Origin: an uncultured delta proteobacterium
Lineage (GTDB): Bacteria; Myxococcota_A; Polyangia; Palsa-1104
Assembly: GCA_963785725.1 (NCBI GenBank)
Contig: CAWAWS010000015.1
Location: 352,001-416,000 of the forward strand
DNA: 64,000 nt
Reading direction: 5' to 3'
Of the stretch, positions 32,812 through 43,217 are shown in pieces. The position numbers and the translations under genes were made by a program. Below the pieces are notes generated by a model. That model ran no database searches and was not told the origin of the DNA. It worked only from the letters and a program-made list of their open reading frames with translations. Within the stretch, counting starts at the first letter, position 1. The number at the start of each line of letters is the position of its first letter.

Positions 32812-34383
32812 GTGAAGCCGCTGCGCGTTTTGGAGCTGTTCGTGTCGCTCGACGAGGCGGAAGTCGCTGCCGTCGAACGCGCCGCTCGCATCGGCGGTTA
32901 CGATCCGAACGCCGTCAGAGCCGTGGTGACGCGGCGTTCGCTCGATGCGCGCAAGGGTCACCCCATCGGCTTCCATCTAGAGGTGACGATCTGGCCGCAG
33001 CTGGCCGAGGCCGCCGATGATGGCGATGCCGCGCTGCCGCCGCCGGTTCGCGCGCGCGCCGGCTTACACATCATCGTCGTCGGCAGCGGGCCATGCGGCA
33101 CATTCGCGGCGTTGCGGCTGACCGATGCCGGCGCGCGTGTGACGCTCGTCGAGCTGGGCAAGCCGGTGCAGCCACGGCGACATGATCTGGCAACACTCAC
33201 GCAACGCGGCGGACTCGATCCGGACTCCAACTATTGTTTCGGCGAAGGCGGCGCGGGCACGTTCTCCGACGGGAAACTCTACACGCGCACGAAAGACCGC
33301 CGCGCGGTGCGAAGCGTGTTGCGCGCCTTGGTCGACCACGGCGCCGATGCCGACATCCTCGTCGATTCGCGGCCGCACGTCGGATCGAACCGACTACCGA
33401 AAATCCTGATGGCCCAGCGTGCCGACCTCGAGGCGCGTGGCACCACCTACGTTTGGTCCGATGGCGTCACCGATCTCGTCTCCGTCAACGGTCGCGTCCG
33501 CGGCGTCCGCTGCGCGTCCGGCCGCGAGATCGTCGGCGACGGCGTCGTCCTCGCCGTCGGCCACTCGGCGCGCCCGCTGTACGAACGGCTGCACGCGCTC
33601 GGTGTCGCCCTCGAGGCCAAGTCGTTCGCCGTCGGCGCGCGCGTCGAGCATGCCCAGCCGCTCATCGATCGCATTCAATACGGCGCCGCCTTTGGCCATC
33701 CGCGACTGCCGGCGGCGTTCTATCACGTCGCCGCCACCGTCCCGACGCCCGATGCGGGCGAGCGCGGCGTCTACAGCTTCTGCATGTGCCCCGGCGGCTG
33801 GATCGTCGATTCGTCGACGGAGCAGGGCGCGTTGTGCGTCAACGGCATGAGCTTGAAGCGCCGCGATTCACCGTTCGCCAACTCCGCGCTCGTGGTCACG
33901 GTCGAGCCGCGCGACTATTTGGGCCGCTACAGCGACGGTCCGTTGGCCGGCATCGAGCTACAGCGTGCGCTCGAGCGACGATCGTTCGAGCTCGGCGGCG
34001 GCGACTTCGTGGCGCCGGCGCAGCGGCTGGCCGATTTCGTCGCGCGCCGGCCGACCGAAGCTGCGCTGCCGTCGAGCTATCGCCCGCGCGTCGTCGGTGG
34101 CGACGTTCGCTCAGGCCTACCGCCGTTCGTCGGCGACGCCCTCGAAAAGGCGCTCTCTCGCTTTCAAAGAACGATGCCCGGCTTCCTCAATCCCGACGCG
34201 CAACTCATCGGCGTCGAGACGCGAACGAGCTCGCCCGTGCGCATCGTGCGCGACGACGGTCTCGCCTCACCGACGCATCCGGGCCTCTATCCCGCCGGCG
34301 AAGGCGCCGGTTATGCGGGCGGCATCGTGTCCGCCGCCGTCGACGGCATGCGCATCGCCGACGCCATCCTCGGCACCGGCTGA
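32812..34383 (+). CDS. Uncharacterised FAD-dependent dehydrogenase (COG2509-like)
   Basis: RRSLDAR, VVGSGPCG, FGEGGAGTFSDGKL, SFCMCPGG, ETRTSSP, GEGAGYAGGIVSAAVDG. Confidence 0.9.
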   Translation: MKPLRVLELFVSLDEAEVAAVERAARIGGYDPNAVRAVVTRRSLDARKGHPIGFHLEVTIWPQLAEAADDGDAALPPPVRARAGLHIIVVGSGPCGTFAALRLTDAGARVTLVELGKPVQPRRHDLATLTQRGGLDPDSNYCFGEGGAGTFSDGKLYTRTKDRRAVRSVLRALVDHGADADILVDSRPHVGSNRLPKILMAQRADLEARGTTYVWSDGVTDLVSVNGRVRGVRCASGREIVGDGVVLAVGHSARPLYERLHALGVALEAKSFAVGARVEHAQPLIDRIQYGAAFGHPRLPAAFYHVAATVPTPDAGERGVYSFCMCPGGWIVDSSTEQGALCVNGMSLKRRDSPFANSALVVTVEPRDYLGRYSDGPLAGIELQRALERRSFELGGGDFVAPAQRLADFVARRPTEAALPSSYRPRVVGGDVRSGLPPFVGDALEKALSRFQRTMPGFLNPDAQLIGVETRTSSPVRIVRDDGLASPTHPGLYPAGEGAGYAGGIVSAAVDGMRIADAILGTG

Positions 34384-34411
34384 GCGCACGCCGTCTTCGC
34401 AGGCGCGTCGG

Positions 34412-34765
34412 CTACGTCGGTTCACCCATCGCGCGCAGCGCGTTCGTCAGCGACGACTGCTGCCGCGCCGTCAGGTTCTCGAATTTGACGCCGAGCGCAT
34501 AGCCGCGGTCCGCTTCCGCTGTCCACTGCACCGTGCCGACGAGCTCCAGCCCACGCGCGCCCTCGGTCTCGATGCCATCCTCGACGATGAACAGCGTCAG
34601 CTGCAGCTGCTGGCCTTCGGCGATCGGCCGATCGACCTCGATACACACGCCGCCCGTCGACAAATTGCGCGTCGTGCCCGTCAACCTCGCGCTCTCCAGC
34701 TTGACCTCGGCCGAGAGCCGGACATCGCGGCGGGGCGCTCGGTCACGAGGATTCGTTACGCTCAT
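34412..34765 (-). CDS. PilZ domain protein
   Basis: RRDVR...NLSTGG...VQW...GVKF. Confidence 0.85.
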   Translation of the reverse strand: MSVTNPRDRAPRRDVRLSAEVKLESARLTGTTRNLSTGGVCIEVDRPIAEGQQLQLTLFIVEDGIETEGARGLELVGTVQWTAEADRGYALGVKFENLTARQQSSLTNALRAMGEPT

Positions 34766-34768
34766 CGG

Positions 34769-35131
34769 TCACTCCGTCGCTTCGTCATCGTTGTCTTCGC
34801 CACCATCGAGAAACTTGATGAACAGATCGAGGTAGGCGCGGTTCGTCGCGTCCAGTCGATCGAACTTCACGCCGATCTGGTAGCCGTTCTTGAGCGGCGT
34901 ACACCACACCGTCGACGCCGGCAGCTGCAGATGCTCCGAGAACTCGGTCTCCGAGAACACCAGCGCCAGCTTCACCGCGCATTCCGAGTGCGACGGCAGC
35001 GGGTTCGTCGCCTCCATGCAAAAGCCGCCGCGAGAAATGTCGTGCGTGCGGCCTGCGACCGTCGTCTCACCGACGGTCACCTCGGCGTCGAGCTCGATCG
35101 CGTAGCGCGGATGTTGTCGCTGCTCGTTCAT
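34769..35131 (-). CDS. PilZ domain protein
   Basis: QRQHPRY...DISRGG...VWC...IGVKF. Confidence 0.88.
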   Translation of the reverse strand: MNEQRQHPRYAIELDAEVTVGETTVAGRTHDISRGGFCMEATNPLPSHSECAVKLALVFSETEFSEHLQLPASTVWCTPLKNGYQIGVKFDRLDATNRAYLDLFIKFLDGGEDNDDEATE

Positions 35132-35691
35132 GGACCTGTCTTCCCCCGACTGAGCGCGCCGTCGGTCAGCCCATCCAACACCGCGGTCAGCTCATCGATC
35201 TCGATGGCGCGGTCGATGGCATTGGGCGCTTCCGGCGTCTGCAACGCGTCGACTTGGAGTCGGCGCCGTTCGTAATAGAGCTGCGTGACGCGAACCAACA
35301 GCTCCTCGCGTCGACTGGCCAATCGCTGCGCTTCACGGCTCGTGCGCAGCTCGTTGCGATCGAACACCAGCCGATCGAGCGACCACGCGGCCTCGAATTC
35401 GAAGTGCCACGTGTCGGCGTCGGTCAGCTCGATGCGGCCCGACGAATCAGTGGCCCACACTTCGTTGCCCCGACCGGCGCGCACGCGAAACGTCGGCATC
35501 AGCCCGGCTTTGCGCACGCGTCCGAGCCACGACTGCACGCGCTCGGGATGCACCTCGGCCAGGCGCGCCGCCGCTCGCTGCAGCTCGCGCACCGACGGCT
35601 CGCCCCGGAAACGATCGAGCACGGACAGATCCGCCGCCCACGCCGCATGTGGCAGCAGCAACAGCGACAAGAGCGTCAGCAGGCTCCTCAC
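35128..35691 (-). CDS. Secreted hypothetical protein (helix-beta hairpin-helix, reminiscent of half a TolC-type subunit)
   Basis: Signal peptide ending AWA; EPSVRELQRAA...MPTFRVR...AAWSLDRLVF...VTQLYYERRRL. Confidence 0.7.
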   Translation of the reverse strand: MRSLLTLLSLLLLPHAAWAADLSVLDRFRGEPSVRELQRAAARLAEVHPERVQSWLGRVRKAGLMPTFRVRAGRGNEVWATDSSGRIELTDADTWHFEFEAAWSLDRLVFDRNELRTSREAQRLASRREELLVRVTQLYYERRRLQVDALQTPEAPNAIDRAIEIDELTAVLDGLTDGALSRGKTGP

Positions 35692-36203
35692 GGCGCACGC
35701 TCACGATCGCCGGTCAGCACATCGAGCTCGGCCTGCGACTCCTCGGCGGCCAGCTGGCGCGCGACGTCGTCTTGGTGATCGCGCGCGTGCTGCCGTCGTC
35801 GCCACACGTCGGCGATGTGATCGAGCAGCCGCTGTCGGCCCGCCGAGCTCTGTCGTCGCGACTGCTCGGCGGCCACCGCGTCCAAGATCGGTGTTCGACC
35901 GAGCGGCCACGCCAGCTCACCGATGACCTGCGTGCTGCGATAGCCGAGCAGGGTCGGGGTGCGCTCGACGATCGCATGCACGCGCAACACCGGCATCCAT
36001 TGCGCCGCCGCGAGCGCGCCGCCGCGACTGGGCTCGTCGTAACCGTTGTAGCGAAGGGCGCGCGTCATTAATGAGGCTGGTGCCGGCTCGTCGGCTCGGG
36101 CCGAGCTCGAGTGCACCATGACTGCGATCGCTAGGCTCATCCAGATCGCCGTCCGTCGATTTTCTCGCCGAGCCTGCGACGCTGTCAAGAAGCGGCTATG
36201 CAT
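35688..36203 (-). CDS. Secreted hypothetical protein, probable diverged paralogue of neighbour
   Basis: SD GGAGG; signal ending ARA; WMPVLRV...LAWPL...LDVLTG parallels MPTFRV...AAWSL...LDGLTD. Confidence 0.6.
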   Translation of the reverse strand: MHSRFLTASQARRENRRTAIWMSLAIAVMVHSSSARADEPAPASLMTRALRYNGYDEPSRGGALAAAQWMPVLRVHAIVERTPTLLGYRSTQVIGELAWPLGRTPILDAVAAEQSRRQSSAGRQRLLDHIADVWRRRQHARDHQDDVARQLAAEESQAELDVLTGDRERAP

Positions 36204-36270
36204 GGACAGACCTCCAACTTGCTTGTGAGGACTTATCGGCGACGCTCGCGAGAAGTTGCGTGGTCGATGA

Positions 36271-36322
36271 AAAAATATTTTTCGCTCGTCGACTTGACTG
36301 TGCGAATGTTCAGTCTTAGCTT
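36271..36322 (+). promoter_or_regulatory. nrdJ promoter with upstream AT-rich palindrome
   Basis: AAAAATATTTTT (36271-36282), TTGACT (36294-36299), 17-bp spacer, TAGCTT (36317-36322), ATG 6 nt later. Confidence 0.55.
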
Positions 36323-36328
36323 CGCAAT

Positions 36329-38197
36329 ATGCTGCCAGTGCCACTTTCGCAGGCCGCAACGCCGTGGACGCCCAACGCGCTGACAGTGCTCGGCCGGCGC
36401 TATCAGCGACGGGATGGCGCCGGGCAGATCGTCGAGTCGCCGTCGGAGCTGCTGCTGCGCGTGGCGCGAGCGGTGGCGTCGGCGGAGTCGCGTCATGGCG
36501 GCGATGCCGAGCGCTGGCAGGCGCGTTTTCTCGACGCGATGTCGCGGCTCGAGTTTCTGCCCAATTCACCGACATTAATGAACGCGGGCAAGCAGGCGGG
36601 GCAGCTGTCGGCTTGCTTCGTGCTGCCGGTCGCCGATTCGATGCCCGAGATCTTCGACGCCGTGAAGTGGGCGGCGATGATTCAGCAGACGGGCGGCGGG
36701 ACCGGTTTTGCATTCTCACGGCTCCGTCCGTCGGGTGATTTGGTGCGCTCGACGTCGGGCATCGCCTCCGGGCCGGTGTCGTTCATCGAAGTCTTCAACA
36801 CGGCGACGGACGCGATTCGGCAGGGCGGCGTGCGGCGGGGTGCGAACATGGGCATCTTGCGCGTCGACCATCCCGACGTGCTGGAGTTCATCTCGGCGAA
36901 GTCGGACCCGCGGCGGCTGCGCAATTTCAACGTCTCGGTGGCGATTACCGACGAGTTCATGGACGCGCTGGAGCACGGGCGCGAGTACGCGTTGCGCAAT
37001 CCGCGGTCGGGCGCCGAGGTCAAGCGGCTCGACGCCAACCGCGTGTGGCGGCTGATCGCGCAGCTGGCGTGGAAGAGCGGCGAGCCCGGCGTCATCTTCA
37101 TCGATCGCATCAACGCCGCCAATCCGACGCCGCAGCTGGGCGAGATGGAGTCGACGAATCCCTGCGGCGAGCTGCCGCTGTTGCCGTTCGAAGCCTGCAA
37201 CTTGGGCTCGATCGACGTCGGCAAGCTGGTGCGCGGTGGGCAGCTCGATTGGGCGCGGCTGGGTGAGCTGGTGCGGCTCGGCGTCCGCTTTCTCGACGAC
37301 GTGATCGAGGTGAACCACTATCCGCTGCCGCAGATCGAGACGATCACGCGGGCCAATCGTAAAATTGGGCTCGGCGTCATGGGTTTCGCGGACGCGCTCA
37401 TTCGGCTGCGCGTCGCCTACGATTCGGAGCGGGCGCTGCAGCTTGCCGACGAGCTGGCGGCATTCATCGAGCGTGAGGCGCAGGCGGCGTCGGCGGAGCT
37501 GGCGCGCGAGCGTGGGCCGTTCGCGAACTGGACGGGCTCGAAATGGGATCGCGCCGGCTCGCCGCCTTTGCGCAATGCGACGACGACGACCATCGCACCG
37601 ACGGGAACGCTGAGTATTCTCGCGGGCTGCTCGGGTGGGATCGAGCCGCTCTATGCGGTGTCCTTCGTGCGTCAGGTGCTCGACGGCGATCGGCTGATCG
37701 ACGTGCATCCGCTGTTCGTCGAGGCGGCGCGCGCGGGCGGCTGGTATTCGGAGGCGCTGATGGCCAAGATCGCCGAGCGCGGGTCGGTGCGCGGGCTCGA
37801 CGAGGTGCCGGCCGAGACGCAGCGACTGTTCGTGACGGCGTACGACGTCGCGCCCGAGTGGCACTTGCGGATGCAGGCGAGCTTTCAGCGTCACGTGCAC
37901 AACGCGGTGTCGAAGACGATCAATTTTCCGCGGTCGGCGACGGTCGAGCAGGTGGAAGCGGCGTATCGCGAAGCCTATCGGCTGGGCTGCAAGGGCGTGA
38001 CGGCTTATCGCGACGGCAGCCGCGACGAGCAGGTGTTGTCGTTCGGCGAGACGGCGCGCGGCCGAACGACGGTCGAGACCGAGTCGCTCAAGGACGGTGA
38101 ACAGGGGCCTTGCAAGGAGTGCGGCGCGCCGATGCCGCCGGCACATCAGGGGGCGTGTACGGTCTGTCTGGAGTGTGGCTACTCGCGGTGCTTGTAA
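36329..38197 (+). CDS. nrdJ: Adenosylcobalamin-dependent (class II) ribonucleoside-diphosphate reductase
   Basis: FLPNSPTLMNAG, QLSACFV, RRGANM, TNPCGE, IAPTGT, VSKTIN, KGVTAYRDGSR, C-terminal CxxC...CxxCxxCGYSRC; no ATP-cone and no adjacent beta subunit. Confidence 0.92.
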   Translation: MLPVPLSQAATPWTPNALTVLGRRYQRRDGAGQIVESPSELLLRVARAVASAESRHGGDAERWQARFLDAMSRLEFLPNSPTLMNAGKQAGQLSACFVLPVADSMPEIFDAVKWAAMIQQTGGGTGFAFSRLRPSGDLVRSTSGIASGPVSFIEVFNTATDAIRQGGVRRGANMGILRVDHPDVLEFISAKSDPRRLRNFNVSVAITDEFMDALEHGREYALRNPRSGAEVKRLDANRVWRLIAQLAWKSGEPGVIFIDRINAANPTPQLGEMESTNPCGELPLLPFEACNLGSIDVGKLVRGGQLDWARLGELVRLGVRFLDDVIEVNHYPLPQIETITRANRKIGLGVMGFADALIRLRVAYDSERALQLADELAAFIEREAQAASAELARERGPFANWTGSKWDRAGSPPLRNATTTTIAPTGTLSILAGCSGGIEPLYAVSFVRQVLDGDRLIDVHPLFVEAARAGGWYSEALMAKIAERGSVRGLDEVPAETQRLFVTAYDVAPEWHLRMQASFQRHVHNAVSKTINFPRSATVEQVEAAYREAYRLGCKGVTAYRDGSRDEQVLSFGETARGRTTVETESLKDGEQGPCKECGAPMPPAHQGACTVCLECGYSRCL

Positions 38198-38240
38198 AGA
38201 TGGGGTGGATTCCTTTAGTAAAGGGGCAAGGAGATCCACC

Positions 38241-38372
38241 ATGTCGATGAAGCACCCGGGAAAAAACCACGCCAAGGCGGCGAAGCTGCGGCGCGAGAAG
38301 GTTCAGTTGGCGAAGACGGAGAAGAAGGAACGACGGATTCAGCTGAGCGAGGCGCGCGCAGCCAAGAAGTAG
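38241..38372 (+). CDS. Small basic protein (43 aa)
   Basis: AAGGAG SD before ATG; MSMKHPGKNHAKAAKLRREKVQLAKTEKKERRIQLSEARAAKK; Lys-rich, unlike shadow ORFs. Confidence 0.65.
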   Translation: MSMKHPGKNHAKAAKLRREKVQLAKTEKKERRIQLSEARAAKK

Positions 38373-38375
38373 GCT

Positions 38376-41003
38376 GTGGCCTCCGCTGCGGGCAGGGCGT
38401 TGCCGCTGCTGCCGCTGCCGATAGATCCGCTTCTCCCTGAAATCGTGGCGTCGCTGCAACGGACGCCGAGCTTGGTGTTGGAAGCGCCGCCGGGCGCGGG
38501 CAAGACGACCCGCGTCCCGCGTGCGCTGCTCGATGGGGGCGTCGAAGGCGAAATTCTCGTGCTGGAGCCGCGTCGACTGGCGGCGCGACTGGCGGCACGA
38601 CGCGTGGCGGAGGAGCTAGGGGAAAAAGTAGGCGAGCGCGTCGGATACCGCATTCGCTTCGAGGATGCGGTGTCGGCGCGCACGCGGATCGTGTTCGTGA
38701 CCGAAGGCGTGTTGACGCGCCGATTGCTGTCGGATCCGGAGTTGAAGGGCGTGGGCGCGGTGCTGCTCGACGAGTTTCACGAGCGGCATCTGCAAGGCGA
38801 CGTGGCGTTGGCGCTGCTGCGTCGGCTGCAGGAGCGGCGGCCCGAGCTGAAGCTCATCGTGATGTCGGCCACGCTCGATGCCGAGCCGATCGCGAGCTTC
38901 CTCGGCTGTCCGTCGCTGCGCGCCGAAGGGCGCCGGTTCGACGTAAAAATCGAATATGCGGCGCGGCCGAGCGAGCGGCCGCTCGAGAGCGACGTGGCGG
39001 CGGCGGTGCGCGCGCTCGTGGCCGACGGTCTCGACGGCGACGTGCTCGTGTTTCTGCCCGGCGCCGCCGAGATTCGCAAGGCGCAGGCGGCGTGCGCGTC
39101 GATCGCGGCCGGCGCGCAGCTCGACGTCGTCATGCTGCACGGCGATCTGTCGCCGGCCGAGCAGGACAAGGCCGTGTCGTCGGGGCCGCGACGCAAGGTG
39201 ATCCTGTCGACGAACGTGGCCGAGACGTCGATCACCGTCGAAGGCGTCGTGGCGGTGATCGACAGTGGCCTGGCGCGCGTGGCGTCGCTGTCGCCGTGGT
39301 CGGGGATGTCGACGCTGAAGCTGCAGCGGATTTCGCGCGCGTCGGCGACGCAGCGGGCGGGTCGCGCCGGTCGATTGCGGCCGGGCCGGTGCGTGCGGCT
39401 GTATACGCAGCACGATCACGACACGCGGCCGATGCAGGATGCGCCGGAGATTCGCCGGCTCGATCTGGCCGACGTGATGCTGCTCTTGGCGGCGTCCAAT
39501 GTGCACGTCGACAAGCTGGCCTGGCTGGAGGCGCCGCCGGCGGCGGCGATCGAGGCGGCGCGCGGTCTGCTCGTGCGGCTGGGTGCGCTCGACGGCCACG
39601 ATGGCGTGACCGCGCTCGGGAGGCGGATGCTGCGCTTTCCGTTGCATCCGCGGCAGGCGCGGCTGCTGGTCGAGGCCGAGGCGCGCGGTGTCGGGCGCGA
39701 CGGCTGCATCGTGGCCGCGCTCATCGGTGAGCGCGACCTCGTGTGGCAGCGGCCGCGACGCGCGGAATTCAGCGGCGACTCCGATCTGCTCGCCGATCTC
39801 GAGCGCTTTCGCGAGGCGGCGCGCGGCGGGCTGCAGCCGGATCGTGCGCGCTCGCTCGGGCTCGACGCCGGCGCGGCCCTGACGATCGATCGCGTGCGCC
39901 GGCAGCTCGAAGGGACCATCGCGCGTGGCACGCTCCCGGCCGATCCCGACGCGGCGCTGCGCATGAGCATCCTCGCCGGCTACTCCGATCGCGTGGCGCG
40001 GCGACGGCGGCGCGGCGAGTCCGAGCTGCTGTTGTCGGGCGGCGGCACGGCGCAGCTGAGCGAGGGCAGCGTCGTGCGCGACTTCGAGCTGATGGTCGTC
40101 GTCGACGCCGAGCAGCGCGCGGACACACGCGCGGTTATGCCGGCGGCACGGCCCGGTGCGAATGCGCCACGCGGCCCGATGGGCAACGACGCGCGGCCGG
40201 GCGGGATCGTGGCGCGCAGCGCGACGGCGATCGAGGTCGACTGGCTGATCGATGTTGCGGCCGATCGCATACAAGAGACGCTGACTTATGCGTGGAATGC
40301 GACGGCCGAGCGAGTGGAGGTCGTCGAGCGCATGACCTACGATCAGCTGGTGCTCGACGAGCGCCGCGCCTGGCCGTCGCAGCTGCCGGCGTCGGACGCG
40401 ACCGAAGTGGCGCGCGTGCTCGCCGAAGCTGCGCGGACGCGCGGGCCGCATACGTTCGTCGACGTCGAGTCGCTGGAGCGGCTGCGCGGTCGCGTGGCCT
40501 TCGTGCGCGCGAACGTGCCCGAAGCCAACCTGCCCGAGATCGGCGACGCGGAGCTGAACGCGACGCTCGGCGATGTGTCGCAAGGTCGAGACAGCTTTGC
40601 CGAGCTGGCGGACGCGGGCTTCTTGGAGGCGTTGACGGCGCGGCTGGGCGCGGGCGTGGGCGCGCTGTTGGCGAAGGAGGCGCCCGATCGCATCGCGCTG
40701 CCCGGCGGACGGCCGATCAAAGTGCAGTATCCGCTGGGACAGGCGCCGTTCGTCGCCTCGCGGCTGCAAGACTTCTTCGGCATGGCGGCAGGTCCGACGC
40801 TGGCGCGCGGGCGTGTGCCGTTGACGCTGCATCTGCTGGCGCCGAATCAGCGCGCGGTGCAGGTCACGTCGGATCTCGCAGGCTTTTGGTCGCGTCATTA
40901 TCCGGCGATTCGGCGTGAGCTCGGACGACGCTATCCGCGCCATTCGTGGCCGGAGGATCCGCTGCACGCCGAGCCGCCCGCGCCACGACCGCCGCGGCGT
41001 TAA
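38376..41003 (+). CDS. hrpB: ATP-dependent RNA helicase
   Basis: LPIDP, APPGAGKTTRVP, DEFHER, MSATL, QRAGRAGR, LQDFFG, LLAPNQR, RYPRHSWPEDP. True start may be a few codons downstream. Confidence 0.95.
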   Translation: MASAAGRALPLLPLPIDPLLPEIVASLQRTPSLVLEAPPGAGKTTRVPRALLDGGVEGEILVLEPRRLAARLAARRVAEELGEKVGERVGYRIRFEDAVSARTRIVFVTEGVLTRRLLSDPELKGVGAVLLDEFHERHLQGDVALALLRRLQERRPELKLIVMSATLDAEPIASFLGCPSLRAEGRRFDVKIEYAARPSERPLESDVAAAVRALVADGLDGDVLVFLPGAAEIRKAQAACASIAAGAQLDVVMLHGDLSPAEQDKAVSSGPRRKVILSTNVAETSITVEGVVAVIDSGLARVASLSPWSGMSTLKLQRISRASATQRAGRAGRLRPGRCVRLYTQHDHDTRPMQDAPEIRRLDLADVMLLLAASNVHVDKLAWLEAPPAAAIEAARGLLVRLGALDGHDGVTALGRRMLRFPLHPRQARLLVEAEARGVGRDGCIVAALIGERDLVWQRPRRAEFSGDSDLLADLERFREAARGGLQPDRARSLGLDAGAALTIDRVRRQLEGTIARGTLPADPDAALRMSILAGYSDRVARRRRRGESELLLSGGGTAQLSEGSVVRDFELMVVVDAEQRADTRAVMPAARPGANAPRGPMGNDARPGGIVARSATAIEVDWLIDVAADRIQETLTYAWNATAERVEVVERMTYDQLVLDERRAWPSQLPASDATEVARVLAEAARTRGPHTFVDVESLERLRGRVAFVRANVPEANLPEIGDAELNATLGDVSQGRDSFAELADAGFLEALTARLGAGVGALLAKEAPDRIALPGGRPIKVQYPLGQAPFVASRLQDFFGMAAGPTLARGRVPLTLHLLAPNQRAVQVTSDLAGFWSRHYPAIRRELGRRYPRHSWPEDPLHAEPPAPRPPRR

Positions 41004-41493
41004 AACAGCGAGCACGATCCTGCACGGCCCTCGGCAGCGCGGGATCGACGCTCATTGCATCGATCGGCAGGGCGCAAGCGCAGGCTCAACTGACAAGCCA
41101 CTTGAGCCTGCGCCCGGCCGGCGCTGCGGCCGACGCGCGCTTTGCGATCCGATCTTGTTCAGGGTCGATCCGCGCTGGCAACGGCAATGGGACGACGTGA
41201 AGCGCATCTTGGCCGGCCGTGAGCATGTCGTGCGTTCGACCGAGCGACGGCAAGCGGCGCGGCGACGCAAGCAGCGCGGATCGCCGCGAAAGCGCAGGTA
41301 GCTCGTCCGCCCGTCGCGTGTCGACGCGACCGCGGTACGCGCGTGTGTGTCCTCGCCGTCGCTGTGCCGCGCCCGCCGAATCCCGGCGCGCATACCGAAC
41401 GATCACGCGAGGCGTGCGCCGTTACACAAAACACACGCGAATTGTCGTCGCGGACAGCACGTACGCGCGGCACAAATGATACGCTGGCGATTC

Positions 41494-42183
41494 ATGGGTG
41501 CACCTGATACGCGGGTCCACGCGCGCATCCACATCTCGACCGTCGTCGAGGTGGCGACAGCCGACGGCAACGTCGAAGCGCAGCTGCGCGATCTGTCCAA
41601 AGGCGGCGCCCGCTTCCTCGCGCCGCGCGACGTCGGTAAAGTCGGGCAGTCGATCGAGCTCTACCTGCCGTCGCTCGGTGGTGAAGAGATCACGGTCATG
41701 GCCGAGATCATTCGCGCGCTGCCCGGCACCGATGGGACGATGGTCGCCGTGCGCTTCGATGCCGTCGATCCGGCCATGCGCCAGCCGCTCAACGATCTCA
41801 TCGAAGTGCTGCTGACAGCGACGGGCGGCGGACAACGGGCAGCACCGCGAGTGGCCAAACGCATGGACATTCGTTATGGAGAGCTGGGCGAGCTGCGCGC
41901 GATCTTGGAGGACATTTCGCGCGGCGGCCTCGCCATGACCGTCGCCGATCCGTTGGTGCTCTACGAAGAGCTGGAAGTCACCGTGCCCGACACGGGCGGC
42001 GAGCAGCTCATCATCCTGCACGCGCGCGTCGTGCATCAGCGCGCCATCGACGACGAAGGCACGACTGCCTATCGCGTCGGCCTCGAATTTTCGCCGCTGC
42101 GCGTGGAGAGTCGGCGCTGTGTCGATGGGCTCTTGAAAACGGTATTAGAGCTGATCGATGGCGTGACAGAAGACTTGAGCTGA
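41494..42183 (+). CDS. Tandem PilZ domain protein
   Basis: RVHAR...DLSKGG and RAAPR...DISRGG...VGLEF. Confidence 0.88.
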   Translation: MGAPDTRVHARIHISTVVEVATADGNVEAQLRDLSKGGARFLAPRDVGKVGQSIELYLPSLGGEEITVMAEIIRALPGTDGTMVAVRFDAVDPAMRQPLNDLIEVLLTATGGGQRAAPRVAKRMDIRYGELGELRAILEDISRGGLAMTVADPLVLYEELEVTVPDTGGEQLIILHARVVHQRAIDDEGTTAYRVGLEFSPLRVESRRCVDGLLKTVLELIDGVTEDLS

Positions 42184-42197
42184 CTCATATTCTCCGC

Positions 42198-43166
42198 ATG
42201 CCGCAGCTGTTGTCGAAGACCGAGATGCCGCCCGCGTGGAAGCTGGAAGAGGAAATTCAGCGGCTCAAGAAAGAGCGCAACGCCGTCGTTCTCGCGCACT
42301 ATTACCAAGAGTCCGAGATTCAGGATCTGGCCGATCACGTCGGCGACAGCCTCGGTCTGGCGCGCGCGGCGCAAAAGGCGGACGCCGATGTCATCGCGTT
42401 CTGCGGCGTGCACTTCATGGCCGAAGTGGCGAAGATCTTGAACCCCGAGCGCACGGTCGTGCTGCCCGACATGGCGGCCGGCTGCTCGCTCGCCGACGGC
42501 TGTCCGCCCGATCAATTCCGCAAGTTCATCGACGCGCATCCGGGCCACTTCGTCGTCAGCTACATCAACTGCTCGGCGGCGGTGAAGGCGATGTCGGACG
42601 TGATCGTGACGTCGTCGAACGCGGTCAAGATCGTCGAGCAGATTCCGAAGGACACGCCGATCATCTTCGCGCCCGACAAGCATCTCGCGCGCTTCGTGCA
42701 GAAGCAGACCGGTCGCGACATGGTCGTCTGGCAGGGCACCTGCATCGTCCACGAGACCTTCAGCGAGCGGAAAATTCTCGATCTCATCCTGCGCAATCCG
42801 GGCGCCGAGCTCATCGCGCATCCGGAGTGCGAGGAGTCGATCTTGCGCCACGCCAAGTATGTCGGCTCGACGACGGGGCTCATCAAATACGCCGTGTCAT
42901 CGCCGGCGCAGACGCTGATCGTGGCCACCGAAGAGGGCGTGTTGCACCAGATGCGCCGCGACGCGCCGGGCAAGATGTTCATCGCCGCCCCGCCGGAAGA
43001 CGAGAGCTGCGCCTGCAATCAGTGTCCGCACATGCGCCGCAACACGATGGAGAAGCTCTATTTGTGTCTGCGCGATCTGAAGCCGACGATCGAGATGGAC
43101 GAGACCTTGCGGCTGGCAGCCAAGCGTCCCATCGATCGCATGCTGGCGATGTCGACGGGGATCTGA
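42198..43166 (+). CDS. nadA: Quinolinate synthase
   Basis: [44 protein letters not shown]. Confidence 0.97.
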   Translation: MPQLLSKTEMPPAWKLEEEIQRLKKERNAVVLAHYYQESEIQDLADHVGDSLGLARAAQKADADVIAFCGVHFMAEVAKILNPERTVVLPDMAAGCSLADGCPPDQFRKFIDAHPGHFVVSYINCSAAVKAMSDVIVTSSNAVKIVEQIPKDTPIIFAPDKHLARFVQKQTGRDMVVWQGTCIVHETFSERKILDLILRNPGAELIAHPECEESILRHAKYVGSTTGLIKYAVSSPAQTLIVATEEGVLHQMRRDAPGKMFIAAPPEDESCACNQCPHMRRNTMEKLYLCLRDLKPTIEMDETLRLAAKRPIDRMLAMSTGI

Positions 43167-43217
43167 CGGCAGCGACGGCCGCGTGCGCCGGACGAACGCG
43201 GTGCTAAACTGCGGCCA

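Noticed and set aside
36240..36328. NrdR box or cobalamin riboswitch upstream of nrdJ
   Set aside because: No match to the NrdR consensus seen, and the predicted leaderless start leaves no room for a riboswitch.
41155..41301. Small basic ORF after hrpB (FRVDPRWQRQWDDVKRILAGREHV...)
   Set aside because: Only a TTG start with no SD or -10 support; may be a remnant.
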